A stretch of 64,000 bases of DNA from Haliotis rufescens (Eukaryota), in assembly GCF_023055435.1 (NCBI RefSeq), contig NW_025963791.1:26598001-26662000 (forward strand). The letters run 5' to 3'. Below the pieces are notes generated by a model. It saw only the letters and a list, made by a program, of their open reading frames with translations, was not told where the DNA came from and did not search any database. Positions 27,190-39,400 of this stretch are shown here, one piece after another. Positions within the stretch are counted from its first letter, which is position 1, and each line of letters starts with the position of its first letter. The position numbers were made by a program, and so were the translations under genes.

Positions 27190-28333
27190 TTAGACAATGG
27201 AGACACCTGTGTTTCCTGATACAGTGACACATACTGAGTTAATTTCAAACAGATCAATTACATCCTGCAAACCAGGTGTAAAATAGATAAATGGTTAAAA
27301 AATAAAAAAGATTTTTAGTTCTGCTTATTCTCAAGCTTAGTGTATATTTCAACACTTTAATATACTACAGAAACCAGATGGAATAACATGACATATCGAG
27401 TAACCATTTGGACCATAGATAGTGGCCCATTGTTTTTAATCTGGAGTCCTTCGCACTTCTTCAAGAGAATAATATTGTGGAATGAAGACCAATCAAATGG
27501 TATGAGAGTTGTGAACAGACAAACCAACGCCAAAAGCTCACTCTGATATTGTGATATTAAAGCTGAACCAAACCCAAAATAATTTTGTGTTGATGCATCA
27601 AACTCATAAACATAATGCATAAATGTACAAAAGACTTCATTACAGTATTCATTGATTTGCAGTCCACACAAACACGACCTACCTCTTGTTGACTCATAGT
27701 ACAATCAATAATGAATGAATCACAAGTCTGTACAGTCAGTGAAGAAAATACAGGAAAACAGAAAACTTGGAGGAACCAGGTGTTTGTCCCCACTGTTTGT
27801 CCTGCTGTCCTCCACATGTCCATTAACAAGGGTTAAATCCATTAATATGATTAACTTTACCCATGAAATTGAAATAAGAAGTCCATTGACAGACAGTAGA
27901 TAAGTTATATCCAAAAGAGGATACTACCAAAATACAAATATGTGTCAGGATGCTGAAATGATCTTTTGAAAACGAAAGGTCCTCACAATAATCAATAGAC
28001 ATTTACCCTACCGGTGTGTTAAGTATCCTCCAAAAAAAACAAACCCAAATGTACATTGCTACAAAACAACATACTTTTTTTCTAATTTTAAATTCATACA
28101 ACCCAAAACCATGTTTACCATTATCAAATAGTAGAGAGCCTGAGTCTCATAAACACTTTCAGTTCAGTAAGCTCATCTACATGATCTAACAAGTGTTCCT
28201 GCATCAAGAGTAAAATGTACTCGAATTTTGCCAAAAGACAAGTTCAGGCTAAAAAAGTTAAAAATTAGACACAGACTGCACTACACTATGACTACATGTG
28301 GATTTGAACACTGCCAAATCAGCAAAGCAGGAC

Positions 28334-28599
28334 AGTGAGTGAGTTGGGTTTAATGCCGCTTTTAACAGTATTCAAGTTTTTCACGGCGTTTCAGCTTAAT
28401 GTGGGAGGAAAGCCTGAAGTGATGCAGGTCTTAGACGTTTACCACTTCAGTGAAACCCACAACACGGGTTTGGTGCTGAAAAACCTAGAAACATAATCGG
28501 GGCGAAGCGGGATTAGAGCCCACAATCATAGGTTTCTGGCCCAAGTGGACACAACTCTGCACAGCGAATCACGGCAACTTAGACAACTGGGCCACCCGT
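28334..28599 (-). mobile_element. SINE family B, ~90 nt downstream of the TM-PY gene stop codon
   Basis: Reverse complement of family B. Confidence 0.88.
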
Positions 28600-28691
28600 G
28601 GCAATACAAGGACAAACACATAGGTTCTCCAAGTGGCCCTATGAAATCTCAGCAGATCAGTGATGTCTCCCAGCTCCGTAACAGACCATCA

Positions 28692-31600
28692 TCAAGGTCT
28701 GTCCTCTATGTAAGGCGGCAGGGGATCAGCTATGTCATCGTACTTGGGAGGCAGGACCATAATTGTTGGGTCAGATTCCGATCCTCCATCCGAGTCCAAG
28801 ATGACTCGAGGGTGACCAGGAGGGAGGGGCATCAGTACAAGGGAGTCGTAAGCGGGAGGCGGTTCACCACACCCTACCTGGGTCAGTTGATCTTGGGATG
28901 GGGTGTAGATAACTGAAATTGTAGTGATAGATTACTGACAATGATATCACGCTCAAGGAGTTATTATGGTCAAAGGGAAACAAACATGACAAGTTGATCA
29001 TGTTCATAAGGGGGGGGAGGGTCATGAACAACATTAAACTGATGAGACTCGGCAATAAGAAAATAACTTTTTATTGAGAATTGCAGAGCACAAGATCAGC
29101 TGCATGTTTGCGTAAAATATGCATTAAATAAACTGAAATATGCAAATCAAATTCTAGCATATCAAATACGCACCAAAATCTATAAATACGCTATTGAAAT
29201 AAAGTTAATGTGTATATTAGAACTATCAGATAAAATGTATTACAACTGTGAGATAAAATGATCGTGTATCAGGTGATCGCCAAATTCACTTACCGACAGT
29301 TACATTCCGAAAAGCTTCTGCGACAAACACTGATAGATGCCAATTGAAAAGCACATCGTGCCTAGTCAATGTACATGTTGTATCTTAATTAGTCGCTGAT
29401 TGGTAATTAAGACAATAGTGTATTTCTTACAATGCTAGGTTTTGTAAAAAAAAAAGGTTTTCCACAGAGGGAGCCATAAGCAGACGCAAACGGGTATACT
29501 ACTATTCACATAGTTTTAAATGATTTACAGGGATTGTTACAAAACAGGTTTTAAGTTAAATACCCAAATGCCAAGAAACAGGTGGGTAAAAACAATTTGA
29601 ATACCCTCTACAACTTGTGGATACCCAATCAAAATCAAACCCAAATGACTAAAAGCTTATCTATAGCTCTGGAATTGTTTAATTTTTCTACCTTCTTGAT
29701 TTTACAGTCTGTGGATCGATAAAACTCCTAAGATGTTAATGTAATCACAACTACTTATCGGTAAGTATCACTGGGATATGTTGTTAAATGGTGAAACAAA
29801 AAGCTTAGCAATGAGGGACCTGTCATTTATTTTGGGGGGTTGGGGTACACTGGACTTCGGACTGTATCATATTTTGAAACATTTTTTTCATGATCCTCCC
29901 CTCCCTATAATAAATAGCTAGTCCCAAAATAGTGAACCAGAATTTTAGAACTTTTTTATTTGAGAAAATAGAACTGTGTCATTTTTTCATACAAACACCT
30001 CCCTATAATCAATGGCCAGTCTCAAATGTTTTTCAGTGCACATGATGCTGTCATGGTCGATATATCTCTGCACTCAAACCAAAAAAAATGTTAACACATT
30101 AAACTATGGTTGAAACTTTAAAATTGTCAAAAGTATAATTTTCATTATCATATATACTACTTAGCATTTGCTGAGGATCACACCTCTGATTAAAGATAAT
30201 TTTGGTTCTTAGCAAATGTTAAGTACTAGTATATGCCATGTCAATATCATGCAACATGCAGGTAAAACTAGGTGTTTCATCATGTTCATCATTTGACAAG
30301 AAAGCAAATCATGTAGAAAGTTTTGTCTACCTGAACATGTATGAAAGCAAGCAGCTGGAGGATGCTGGAGTTCCCTCCCTTGAGACTTCCTCCACTTTCT
30401 TGATATAAACAACTTGCCCAGGATAATTGTACCAACGACAATTATCAAACCACAAACTGAAATAAAAATCTAGACTTAAAACTTCCTATTTAAACATCAA
30501 ATACAATAAAGGAAACATTTGATATGTCTCATTTTAGCATAATTATTATTTTGAATACATGGAAAACAATTGCTCAACATTATTGTTTTAAATATTTTTA
30601 ACACCTAGACATGTTTCTATGAAGTTGTTGTCATGTTTTATATCAATTACATAAAGTGTGGAATTGTGAAATCAAATGAAAAATTTAGAAATACACACCT
30701 GACAGAGGTGAAATTAGATTCCAAATTATCACCATGGTAACCATCATTATTTTGTTTATCCAGTTTCAGTGATTTTGCAGATGAAATACGTAATTTGGAC
30801 ATTTTCATGATTTTATATATCACCTATTAGACATTAAGAGAACTTAATCATGATATGCAAGAATATCGTATAACTTGATCTTCTGCACCTACTACAACTA
30901 CAAATAGTGTTAACCAGTTTACTGATTGTTTACTTGAAAAAGTGAATGACAGCTATGATCAAGCTAAGGTGGTTCTGACTACCTAAATTGTTTACATTTG
31001 TAAAGAGAGCTCTTGAAACAAACATAATAAAAGCGAAACAAGAACACGACCCAAACAAGTCAAAATATGTTTTTTTCAGTCTAACACAACAGCTTCATAT
31101 ACATGATATATCTATGGATTGTTTTAAATTGTAGGGGTCCTAAATTTTCTGTATCAGTATATAATTGGACTCAAGGGACCACAGGTTTCGACAAAGACCC
31201 CTTGACCATCAACTTTTATGCTTAATTTTGAACAATGTTTCTATTTATACTTTTGTAATGTTTAAACCAAACACAAAGAGCAAAATTAGTCTGGACTGTA
31301 TCATTGTCTTCAGGTTGCTGAGAATACATTTACTAAATATAGCGCCGATGACATGTATGGGTAAAAGAACAACATTAGATGTTTGTCTGTTGTTCAATGA
31401 TGCCCTCAGCATTATTCCAGTTATACGATGGCGGTCTGTAAATAATCACGTCAAGTCAAGACAAGACAATCCAGTGATTGACATCATGTGCACCGATCTA
31501 TTCAATTGCAACATGTTGACATGAATCAGCCAAGTCATGGAGTCACCCATCCCATTAGTCGCCTCCTACAACAAGTATGGGTTGATGAAGACCAATTCTA

Positions 31601-32127
31601 ACCTACATCATCAGGGGTCAGGGAATAGGGGTAGACTATGTAGGAAACATGAAACGAATGATGTTCCTGTTTTTGACAAGGCCAACTGTTGTAAATGAGT
31701 GAGTGTGGAAGAAATGGCTTCTAAATATTTAAGGCAAGAAAACATGGAATGGTCCAGTCCTATTGTTAAATTGAAATGGAAGTTAACGTCCTGTGGGTTG
31801 AGTGGGTTGAAGTTCAAAAAGGCAAAAGGCTTTCACACAGAATCAACGCTGAACATACATACCCATGCCCATGACACACAACATGATTGTTGCAGAATAC
31901 TTCAAGGAAATGGCTTCTGATATGAAGATACTTCCAAGAATGAACATAATGAAGCCAACACAAGCAGCACAGATGAATCCTATCACCATCTGCCGCCACA
32001 ACTTAGGTCCATCAGGATCCTCTCGTTTCAGGGCTAACACCCTCTGTTGTTCAACATAAGCTCGATAGGACCTGGCTTGAGGTCTTGGAGATACAGGTGA
32101 AGATTGTATGCTTTCCTCGCCTGCCAT
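28692..32127 (-). CDS. Two-TM membrane protein with three C-terminal PY motifs (TMEM252-like architecture), 203 aa, 3 coding exons
   Basis: Exons 32127-31863 (donor G|gtatgt), 30456-30331 (tttatttcag| ... CAG|gtagac), 28912-28692 (caatttcag| ... TGA); both introns phase 1, open frame. Protein: MAGEESIQ...MVIGFICAACVGFIMFILGSIFIS...IMLCVMGMVCGLIIVVGTIILGKLFISRKWRK...EPPPAYDSL...LPPKYDDIADPLPPYIEDRP*. Probable 5' UTR intron 33124-32244 (gtaagt...tattttcag). Confidence 0.85.
31381..31617 (-). mobile_element. SINE family C (intron of TM-PY gene)
   Basis: Diverged reverse-complement copy. Confidence 0.85.
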
Positions 32128-33124
32128 TTTGATTAATCACTGTATGTATCTACAACTGGAGTAGATGAAGTCTTGAGGCAGAATTATTTCCAAACAAATC
32201 TTCTCAGCTTTCTAGGTAGACCTCATCATCAAGAATGTAAATTCTGAAAATAAATTTTAAAAGTCATAATGCCAATTGAAGCATACTGCTCTAAAGAAGT
32301 TAAAGAACACCTGATTCTTTCATATCACTAAATCATGCCATTTGGGGTAACAAGATGTACCTAGGTACATCGGCTTCAAGTAAACCAATGCATACACTGC
32401 CATACAATGTTCAAAATTGGAATTTCTTCTAAAGTTCTCATGTTCCTAATTTTGGCCGTATCTTAACAGTGCAACAATGTAAAACTTAGCATTACTGTCT
32501 CTTCCATTTTATTGGCCCTGTTCTCAGTAACATACAAGTTCCTCTGCAAAGCCATACCATTAGGCCTAGTTAAAACTATATTAACATTAATTGGGAAATG
32601 TACTGACATTTGGTGCATACTTGGGGCCGAATATCAGCCTTTGTGCAGATCTAGACCAATCTTTGTGTTTAGAGTTAGATATATCATAATGTGTCTATTC
32701 AAAATCACATAACAACAAAATGTCATGGAACAAAATGGGCATATTGTTGACAAATTTCAATAAAAAGGACTTTTCTTTGAATACGTTTCGGAAACCATGT
32801 TGTTAGTTGCAAAGCAAGGTCAAGAAGAGAACATTAATAGAAATTAATATTTCAACTGATTCATAATATATGCATAGCATTTCCGAACTCGATCGAGATA
32901 CCTCGAAACATATATGTCTCCATCCCATTGATGATTCATGTGTGTCAACAACGAATAGACAGAGGCCAAAGCAGAGGGATGTTTTATAACATTTCATTTG
33001 GCCTAGTTCTAGAATCTATTTATTTTTTCCCATTTCTCGTCGACCATCCATGACAAATCACCATGCAACATGCCCCTTGGAACAAACGATATGAAAAAAA
33101 GATCAATGGAGCAACAGAACTTAC

Positions 33125-33478
33125 TCTGCTAATGCCCGGTTTCACTCAGCGATTCTCGTGTGCTAATTTTCCTTGCCACCATCTTGTAAACATTTTCGCA
33201 ACGCCACCTGTCAGTGAACGCAGCACGAAACATAATATAGGTTGGGTGTATATGGGGAAATCAAGACAAACGACTCACGATGACAAATATGCTGAACTTA
33301 ATATAACTGAAATAACACACTATCAAATATATTCAGTGAATAATGTCAACATTACGTTGATTTTAAACCCACATTTAATTTTTGTTTTGCAGGTGCGCGT
33401 TGTGGTTTGAGGATAAAACGCAGGATTTGATGACGTCACGTTTGTTTTTACGCAATAATAGACAGTTTGGATAACAAA
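33125..33478. promoter_or_regulatory. Probable bidirectional promoter of WBP2 and the TM-PY gene, with perfect CRE
   Basis: Locally CpG-rich; TGACGTCA at 33431-33438, ~40 bp before the WBP2 ATG; minus-strand consensus donor GTAAGT at 33124-33119 marks the end of a likely first non-coding exon of the divergent gene. Confidence 0.6.
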
Positions 33479-36400
33479 ATGTCGCTCAACACTGCTCATG
33501 CTCACGGCGGAGTGCTTATATTTGCTGGGGAAAGGTAACATTTCAAACGTCAACACGTTTCTAGTTTTTAGAATGTGTCTCTGAATATACATTGCTATAA
33601 CCAGATTATTAGAGGATTAGTAAACTGCTTGTAATTAGGCTAACACCATACTTGATCAGATATCTATCTAGAAAAATCGCAGTTCCTGTTCGTATTCAGT
33701 GACAGATGTTGTTGACAAGTCATCACCACGCGAGTTGAATCTAGTGTCTGTATCGCCTTCACATTGGGACTCCAAAGTGAATGATACAGAATCATGAGAA
33801 TGCCAGTTATAAACACGTATTATTTTGTGTTATTACAGTCAAAATGACTTCTCACAAGTGAACTTGGCTCGGGAACAGGTAAAAAGAGCCACACATCTGA
33901 GCCATAGACCGTAGACACCCTAGTCAAAGGGTCCACATCAAATAGTCCAAAGGTCCACAAACCCAAGTCAAAACAGCCACACCAAAGAGTCAAAATGGCC
34001 ACCTAAAAAAAAGCGTAAATATTAAGCCTAAATAGTGCTAGTTTTTAGTTCCACCATATCTGTCACTGTCAGACATACCATGTGTTAGGCAGCCAGTTGT
34101 TAGACACTTAACTAAAAATGGTAAGTGGGCTCATGTGTTGCTGTAATGGGCTAGTCCAGTCTAGCTAGGCTGATTAAAACTACTACTAATTAGGATTACT
34201 GACCAGTGAGAAAGGGATTAAAGGAACAGAGTAACTACAAGATCTCGAGAAAAGGAATTGAGGTGTATAATGGACACTTGTATCTGATGAGTCGTAAGAC
34301 GCAAAGTAAAAAATATTTGAGTTTTAACAAGCTTCTTACCTATTCATTTTTGAGCAATTTCACACCTACATTTGTATGGAAACGTATTTGTGCCAGTCTA
34401 AAATATTTTTATCATCTATGTAGATAATACTTACATTTACATAGATGATACTTACATCTATGTAGATAATACTTACATTTACACAGATGATACTTACATC
34501 CATGTAGACAATACTTACATTTACATAGATGATACTTACATCTACGTAGATAATACTTACATTTACATAGATGATACTTACATCTACGTAGATAATACTT
34601 ACATTTACATAGATGATACTTACATCTATGTAGATGATACAGTACTTTGATCTCCTTATGTGATATTATGATCATACAGATCGTAACTCAGACAGTAATA
34701 TTATACTGTCCTGTGAAGTCCCTAACTGGATACTAGTTTATACAAACATCTATATTTTAAATAAAGTTGACTACTTAATTACTGTTAATTTAATTAAATG
34801 TTGGTTGTTTATTTTCATTTGGCCTTTTCCGTATTTTTACAACACATTGAGATCATTTCAAATTGTCAAACGTCAGAGCTTAAATAAAAACACAAACTGC
34901 AGAATTGTACCTTCACTGCTTCATAGGATGATGACGAGGGTTTGATATAGTTTTTATAGTTTGAGTGATTCTCACCCTTCATATTCATGTTTTACCTCTT
35001 AAACCTAATTTCCATAATGGAGAAATCATGAGAATCAACATATTTGCGTGATTTCTCCGGCTTTAACATGTTTAACGATCTTATGATGTTATGTAATTTT
35101 GATAAAATATTGTATAATGACCTATAATTGTTTGTTTGTTTGTAGTTTGGAGAACATTTTGTGCTCTCCTCTTTATATTATGGTTGTAACTTGTAAGACT
35201 GTGGCATGTGGCATTCTCCAGTGACTTCGACACATTGAAATGAAGATTAACTTCATGTACTGCTTAGATAGTACCTCAATAAAGAAATGTCAAGGCAGAA
35301 AGTCAAACAAATCGGTCATATTAATTATTCCAGAGGTTATATATAACTGACCCGGAACAAGTGTCCATAATATAAAATATTCTTACCTAAGTTGATAATA
35401 GATGATACTTTCTTCTAAATAGATAATCATATTATGTACGTAGTTGAAAGTATCCTCACATAGATGTGAGCATTATCATCTACATAGATTATAGTATCAT
35501 CTACGTAGATTATAGTATCATCTACATCATGTACATAGATGTAAGTATCCTCTATGTAGATGATACTCTCTTTTTTAGACTTTGGCACTAACTTGCTTCC
35601 ATACATTTGAGACTTCCTAATTAAGAGGGAGCACGGGTGGCCCAGTCGTCTAAGGCGCCGCGATTCGCCGTGCAGAGTTGCGTCCCTTGGGCACGCCAGA
35701 AACCTATGATTGTGGGTTCGAATCCCGGTTCGCCCCAATTATGTTTCTAGGTTTGTCAGCACCATACCCGTGCTCGTGGGTTTCACCGAAGTGGTAAACG
35801 TCTGAGACCTGCATCAGTTCGGGCTTTCCTCCCACATTAAGCTGACTCGCCGCGATATAACTGGAATACTGTTAAAAGCGGCGTTAAACCCAACTCACTC
35901 ACTCCTAATTAAGAATTTAACAAAAGAATAATTTACCTATTTATATTGAGTTCTTACCATTCAAGATATGAACTCGTGCATTGCATAAAGATGGCAGGAT
36001 TGCAACGAGTCACATATGTTATGTCACGTAAACACAAGACATGAAAAAACAACTTGCAAGCAGGGAAGAGACAAAATATTAAGCGATATCTCAAATGTTT
36101 TACATTCAGAGTATCAACATCTTCCTTCTGGCTGCTGACTACAAATGCCAATATTGATAACAAACAGGGCACAGAATTTATTCATACCAGTTGGTACCAG
36201 GTTTTATGATAAGTTTTGTGATGAACAAATGTGGAGTATTTATTCGCTAGTCATGCTAGTGTTGCATTTAATGTTACCATATTCGACGTAATATGCGCCC
36301 AGGGCGCTCTCAACATTAGAAATAAGGGGCTCTTATTAAAATATTATTTTGGTGAAAAAAACAGAGTTGAAAGATAAATTTCGTGGTTTATGCTGACAGC

Positions 36401-39400
36401 ATGAAATGTTTATATATGACAGATATATTTTTCCAGAATTTAATTGCCCATAATTAAGGGTGCATGTAACACAGAGTGCATATTATACGTGAATAAATAA
36501 GTCTTATGTCCATTGATCAATCGGAAGGGGTGCTAATTGGGATTGTTCACTAGCCAATATATAAGAAAATATCGCCGTGGGCGCATATGTCGAATACGGT
36601 AATTACTTTTGAAAATTTATAATTTTAGTGTTGATATTGATTTTTATGACTCATGTCATTTGTATTGTTAGTACTATAAATAAACATATGAGTAACAGTT
36701 TGTATTATTCTGTTTTTACTCCTCACTGTCTGACAAATGAGTGCTAAAAGGGCTGAGTCCTCTCAACCATTGGTAACAGGCATTAGTAATTAGTGAACCA
36801 TTACTAAAACTCTCTGACAAGCGGGATGACAGACAGATGGGAGGACACCAGATTTTTCCAGGAAAGTAGGCTCGTTAAGATTGGCATGGAAAGTGGAGGT
36901 TCGAACAGGCATCAACAGTCACAACAAGGAACGATGACTTAGATTTTTAAAGTTTTAGCCAGCCCTGTTCAAGGAAGCCTCCCAAGTTACTTTGCCAGTG
37001 AGACGTCTGCACAAGGGCAAGGTGCTACAATACGTAATTAAATTTTCGTTATCTTCATTGAAATTCCTTCCTTCTGATTAGCTGAATTGGTCACGTGTTA
37101 TTGCATTCATTTCCCAATGACTGTAAAAAAAATATGCCACGCCCACCGAGGCGCACTACTTTTATTACTGCGGAATGTCGGGGAATCCCAATATTACAGT
37201 CAAGGGAATCCCCTTTCTGCTCACGTGTATCATCATGCACAGGACATTTAGCGACTTTCATGCATATTCATTGTCTAAACTACCCTTTGAAACCGAAGGC
37301 CGAGAATGAATGAAACAGTAAATGTGCAGGCTCGCTCGCCTGTTTTTTCCCGCTCGCCTCGGTTCAACTTTCATGTCTTCGGGTTTCATTTCTGACTAGC
37401 ATTTTTCCTACTGTGTTACTGTAACCAAGGAAGTAATGTTTGAATCTGGCGGTAACTGACCATTTTATTTGAAACAGCTGCCTTCTCCCGGACATATTTC
37501 TTCTGGTTCATTACAGTCTGACTGTTGCAGTTCTCTTCGCCTCTTGCCTTAATTGACAGGTCCAATGAACATTGTTTTGATCCTACTCTCCGTTGATTGC
37601 AAACTTTTGTTGGCACATCGGTGTTTCGATTCATACCTCAATGAACCGAAAAGAATACCCAGTCAACCCTTAATTGAAGACAGCCACCTGTTCTCAGCAA
37701 GCTCAAGGGTGGAAACCTCAGTCCAGCTGACTTTCTGTTCATCAGTTCACCTAACATGAAATCAGACAACTGAAACAAACTCTGATAGTGCTGCTCAAGA
37801 GAAGATGTGCTTTGTGATGCTGATGCGTGCCTACTGTTAATGATAGTTGTTATGAAATGAATAAAGATATAATACACGCAAAATGTTTACTAATATACTT
37901 ATAATGTCGCCAACCTTTGTTTGTGTCCCTTTTTGACATTTTGTGTGGCCATAGTTCTCTTCATCCTACGGCTCGTATAAACCCTAAGAAAGAATACATT
38001 GAACCACATATATACCCTTGTGATACTGCTGCAACTTATATTGTCTGAGGTTGGTGAAAATCTCTAGGATTCTCCCAAACTGTAGCTGGTAATAGTTGTA
38101 ACATGAGTAATGTTATGTCACAGACAGTTGTTGCCAAGTTGGATTTAGTTGAGACTTACCCTCTCAACATCATCAAAATATTAAATATATCTTCAAAAAC
38201 AATTATTTCTTCGACCATGTTTACAATAATAAGTGTAATGATCATTTCAGCAAGGGTTCATTCATCGTCAACACCTAAGGGGCTTTCTAATCTCTGTGGA
38301 TACAAATCACAAGAAGTATTGACTCGTATCATATTGTAACAATTGAAAATTTGGTAGACACTATCATCAGTATTACCATTGGTTTGAAAGGAAGAGCAGG
38401 ATTACTTAAAAGTTTAAATTTATTAACATTGCTTTCTGCCTGTTTTCAGAATCCTCATCTATTATGATGGGATTGAAATGTCCTATGATGGTCCCAATGG
38501 GATGCCTCACTTTAAGGGGAAGAAGAAAGGGAGTGTCTACCTGACTACTCATAGGGTAAGGTTCTAAATCTTTTCTTTTTCAAAGTTTCTAAAGTCGTAA
38601 TGTTGACCTTTGAAAAGGATCTTTGCACTATTAATATATTCCTGTGTAGTTTTTGTGTACATATTTATTATGACCGACATCATGGGTTGTGGTGTAAATA
38701 GTGTTGGGCAAGGATGAGTGAGTGAGTATGGTTTTACGCTGCTTTTAGCAATATCATGGCAGGGGACACCAGAAATGGGCTTCACACATTGTACCCATGT
38801 CGGGAATCGAACCCGGGTCTTCGGCATGACAAGCAAACGCTTTTACCACTAGGCTACCCGACCGCCCCTGGGCAAGGATGAAGGCTGTGCTGAGTCTGCT
38901 GTGTACACATCAGACATTTGAATTATTGTATCAGAGTCTCTGCACAATGTTTGTTTTGTTTGTTGTTATACCACACTCTGCAGTATTCCAGTTTCTGATG
39001 GTAGCCTGTTAATTATCAAGTTTGTATCAAACAAAGCATTGTTTGTTTTAAGAGCAATGTTTGCAGCTTTGTAGCATGTGGCATTTTGGTAAGGAAAGAG
39101 AATTTTTTACAGGTTTCATCTTAATATCGTCATAATCGGTTTAAAATCCCTTTGTAATTTATATAAACTTGTCAGGTCTTAACATGTATGAAACATAAAT
39201 CAAATATGATTTAGTTGCTGTAAATATTAGAAATTCATCAGGACGCTTTAATTTAGGATGTAGTGGGAGATGTGATAATAATGTCTGTCTTGTGACAGGT
39301 GATTTTCAACTGCACTGACCCAAAAGACCAGATGCAGTCCTTCAGCATGCCCTTCTTGAACATGCGAGACCTGGAGCTGGAACAACCCATCTTTGGCGCC

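Noticed and set aside
31843-32127. 94-aa single-exon membrane protein as listed in the ORF track
   Set aside because: A donor at 31862 and two in-phase downstream exons give a more coherent 203-aa protein; the listed ORF simply reads into the intron.
34277-34332. CTGATGA-GTC-GTAA-GAC-GCAAA hammerhead-like core
   Set aside because: GAAA is interrupted by a C and no convincing stem III or cleavage triplet forms; at best a dead remnant.
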